Shown here in pieces: positions 62,196 to 64,000 of a DNA stretch of 64,000 bases (positions within the stretch are counted from its first letter, which is position 1; every line of letters starts with the position of its first letter). Below the pieces are notes generated by a model. The model was not told where the DNA came from. It did not search any database and was given only the letters and a program-made list of their open reading frames with translations. The DNA lies in assembly GCF_009834535.1 (NCBI RefSeq), contig NC_045697.1, positions 53,570,001 to 53,634,000 on the forward strand, in the 5' to 3' direction. Made by a program: the position numbers and the translations under genes. The DNA comes from Camelus ferus (lineage: Eukaryota).

Positions 62196-64000
62196 TTTTA
62201 TTTTTTTAACATTTTATTGATTTATAATCATTTTACCATGTTGTGTCAAATTCCAGTGTAGAGCAAATTTTTCAGTTATACATGAACATATATATATTCA
62301 TTGTCACATTTTTTTTCTCTGTGAGCTACCATAAGATCTTGTATATATTTCCCTGTGCTATACAGCATAATCTTGTTTATCTATTCTACAATTTTGAAAT
62401 CCCTTCCCACTCCCCCACCCCCCTTGGCAACCACAAGTTTGTATTCTATGTCTATGAATCTGTTTCTGTTTTGTATTTATGCTTTGTTTGTTTCTTTGTT
62501 TGTTTTTTAGATTCCACATATGAGCAGTCTCATATGGTATTTTTCTTTCTCTTTCTGGCTTACTTCACTTAGAATGACATTCTCCAGGAGCATCCATGTT
62601 GCTGCAAATGGTGTTATGTTGTCAGTTTTTATGGCTGAGTAGTATTCCACTGTATAAATATACCACCTCTTCTTTATCCAGTTATCTCTTGATGGACATT
62701 TAGGCTGTTTCCATGTCTTGGCTACTGTAAATAATGCTGCTATGAACATTGGGGTGCATGTATCATCCTGAAGTAGGGTTCCTTCTGGATATATGCCCAG
62801 GAGTGGGATTCCTGGGTCATATGGTCAGTCTATTCCTAGTCTTTTAAGGAATCTCCATACTGTTTTCCACAGTGGCTGCACCAAACTGCATTCCCACCAG
62901 CAGTGAAGGAGGGTTCCCTTTTCTCCATAGCCTCTCCAGCATTTGTCATTTGTGGATTTTTGATTGATGGCCATTCTGGCTGGTGTGAGGTGATACCTCA
63001 TTGCAGTTTTGATTTGCATTTCTCTGATAATTAGTTATATTGAGCATTTTTTCATGTGCCTGTTGATCATGTGTATGTCTTCCTTGGAGAATTGCTTGTT
63101 TAGGTCTTCTGCCCACTTTTGGATTGGGCTGTTTATTTTTTTCTTATTAAGTCATATGAGCTGCTTATAATTCTGGAGATCAAGCCTTTGTTGATTTCAT
63201 TTGCAAAAATTTTTTCCCATTCCATAGGTTTTTTGTTTTACTTATGGTTTCCTTTGCTGTGCAGAAGCTTGTAAGTTTCATTAGGTCCATTTGTTTCTTC
63301 TTGCTTTTATTTCTATTGCTTGAGTAGACTGTTCTAGGAGAACATTTTTGAGATGTATGTCAGATAATGTTTTGCCTATATTTTCCTCTAGGAGGCTTAT
63401 TGTATCTTGTCTTATGTTGAATTCTGTGATCCATTTTGAGTTGATTTTTGTGTATGGTGTAAGGGAGTGTTCTAGCTTCACTGTTTTACATGCTGCTGTC
63501 CAGTTTTCCCAACACCATTTCCTGGAGAGACTGTCTTTATTCCATTGTATATTCTTGCCTCCTTTGTCGAAGGTTAGTTGACCAAAAGTTTGTGGGTTCA
63601 TTTCTGGGCTCTCTATTCTGTTCCATTGGTCTATACGTCTGTTTTTGTACCAATACCATGCTGTCTTGATGACTGTAGCTCTATAGTATTGTCTGAAGTC
63701 TTGGAGAGTTATTCCTTCAGCCTCTTTCTTTCTCTTCAGTAATGCTTTGGCAATTCTAGGTCTTTGATGGTTCCATATGAATTTTATTATGATTTGTTCT
63801 AGTTCTGTGAAATATGTCCTGGGTAATTGGATAGGGATTGCATTAAATCTGTAGATGGCCTTGGGCAGTGTGACCATTTTAACAATATTGATTCTTCCAA
63901 TGCAAGAACATGGGATATCTTTCCAATTTTTTAAAGTCTTCTTTAATTTCCTTCAGACAAAATAGACTTTAAAACAAAGGCCATAAAGAAATATAAAAAA
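62196..64000 (-). mobile_element. Young L1 (3'UTR plus ORF2 C-terminus) with 5' inversion at ~63953, running off the window
   Basis: ORF2 peptides [13 protein letters not shown]...[31 protein letters not shown] and MFIAALFTVAKTWKQPKCPS on the - strand. From 63953 the + strand reads SDKIDFKTKAIKK (ORF2 endonuclease). Confidence 0.92.

Overview
Mammalian genomic DNA, probably camelid (a Vic-1-type SINE lies at ~32.1-32.3 kb), covering most of the UGT2A locus on the + strand. Two intact alternative first exons, UGT2A2-type (3339-4068) and UGT2A3-type (15624-16347), both end in phase-1 GT donors. They lie upstream of one set of common exons 2-6 (149, 132, 88, 220 and 280 nt; stop at 35865), predicting 532-aa and 530-aa UDP-glucuronosyltransferases. 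In human and mouse UGT2A3 is a separate six-exon gene, so this exon-sharing layout is the main observation. Downstream, on the - strand, are an orphan UGT2B-like exon 2 with an in-frame stop (52688-52836) and a deleted class III provirus (57583-61970) with a perfect tRNA-Ser(CGA) primer site, a 5-bp TSD and a CWVC env remnant (ERV-S-like). The rest is L1, L2, MIR, MaLR/ERVL, ERV1 solo LTRs, MER82 and microsatellites, including two 5'-inverted L1s. Family names and human/mouse comparisons are from memory, not database searches; boundaries of old repeats are approximate. No RNA genes or CRISPR arrays were found.
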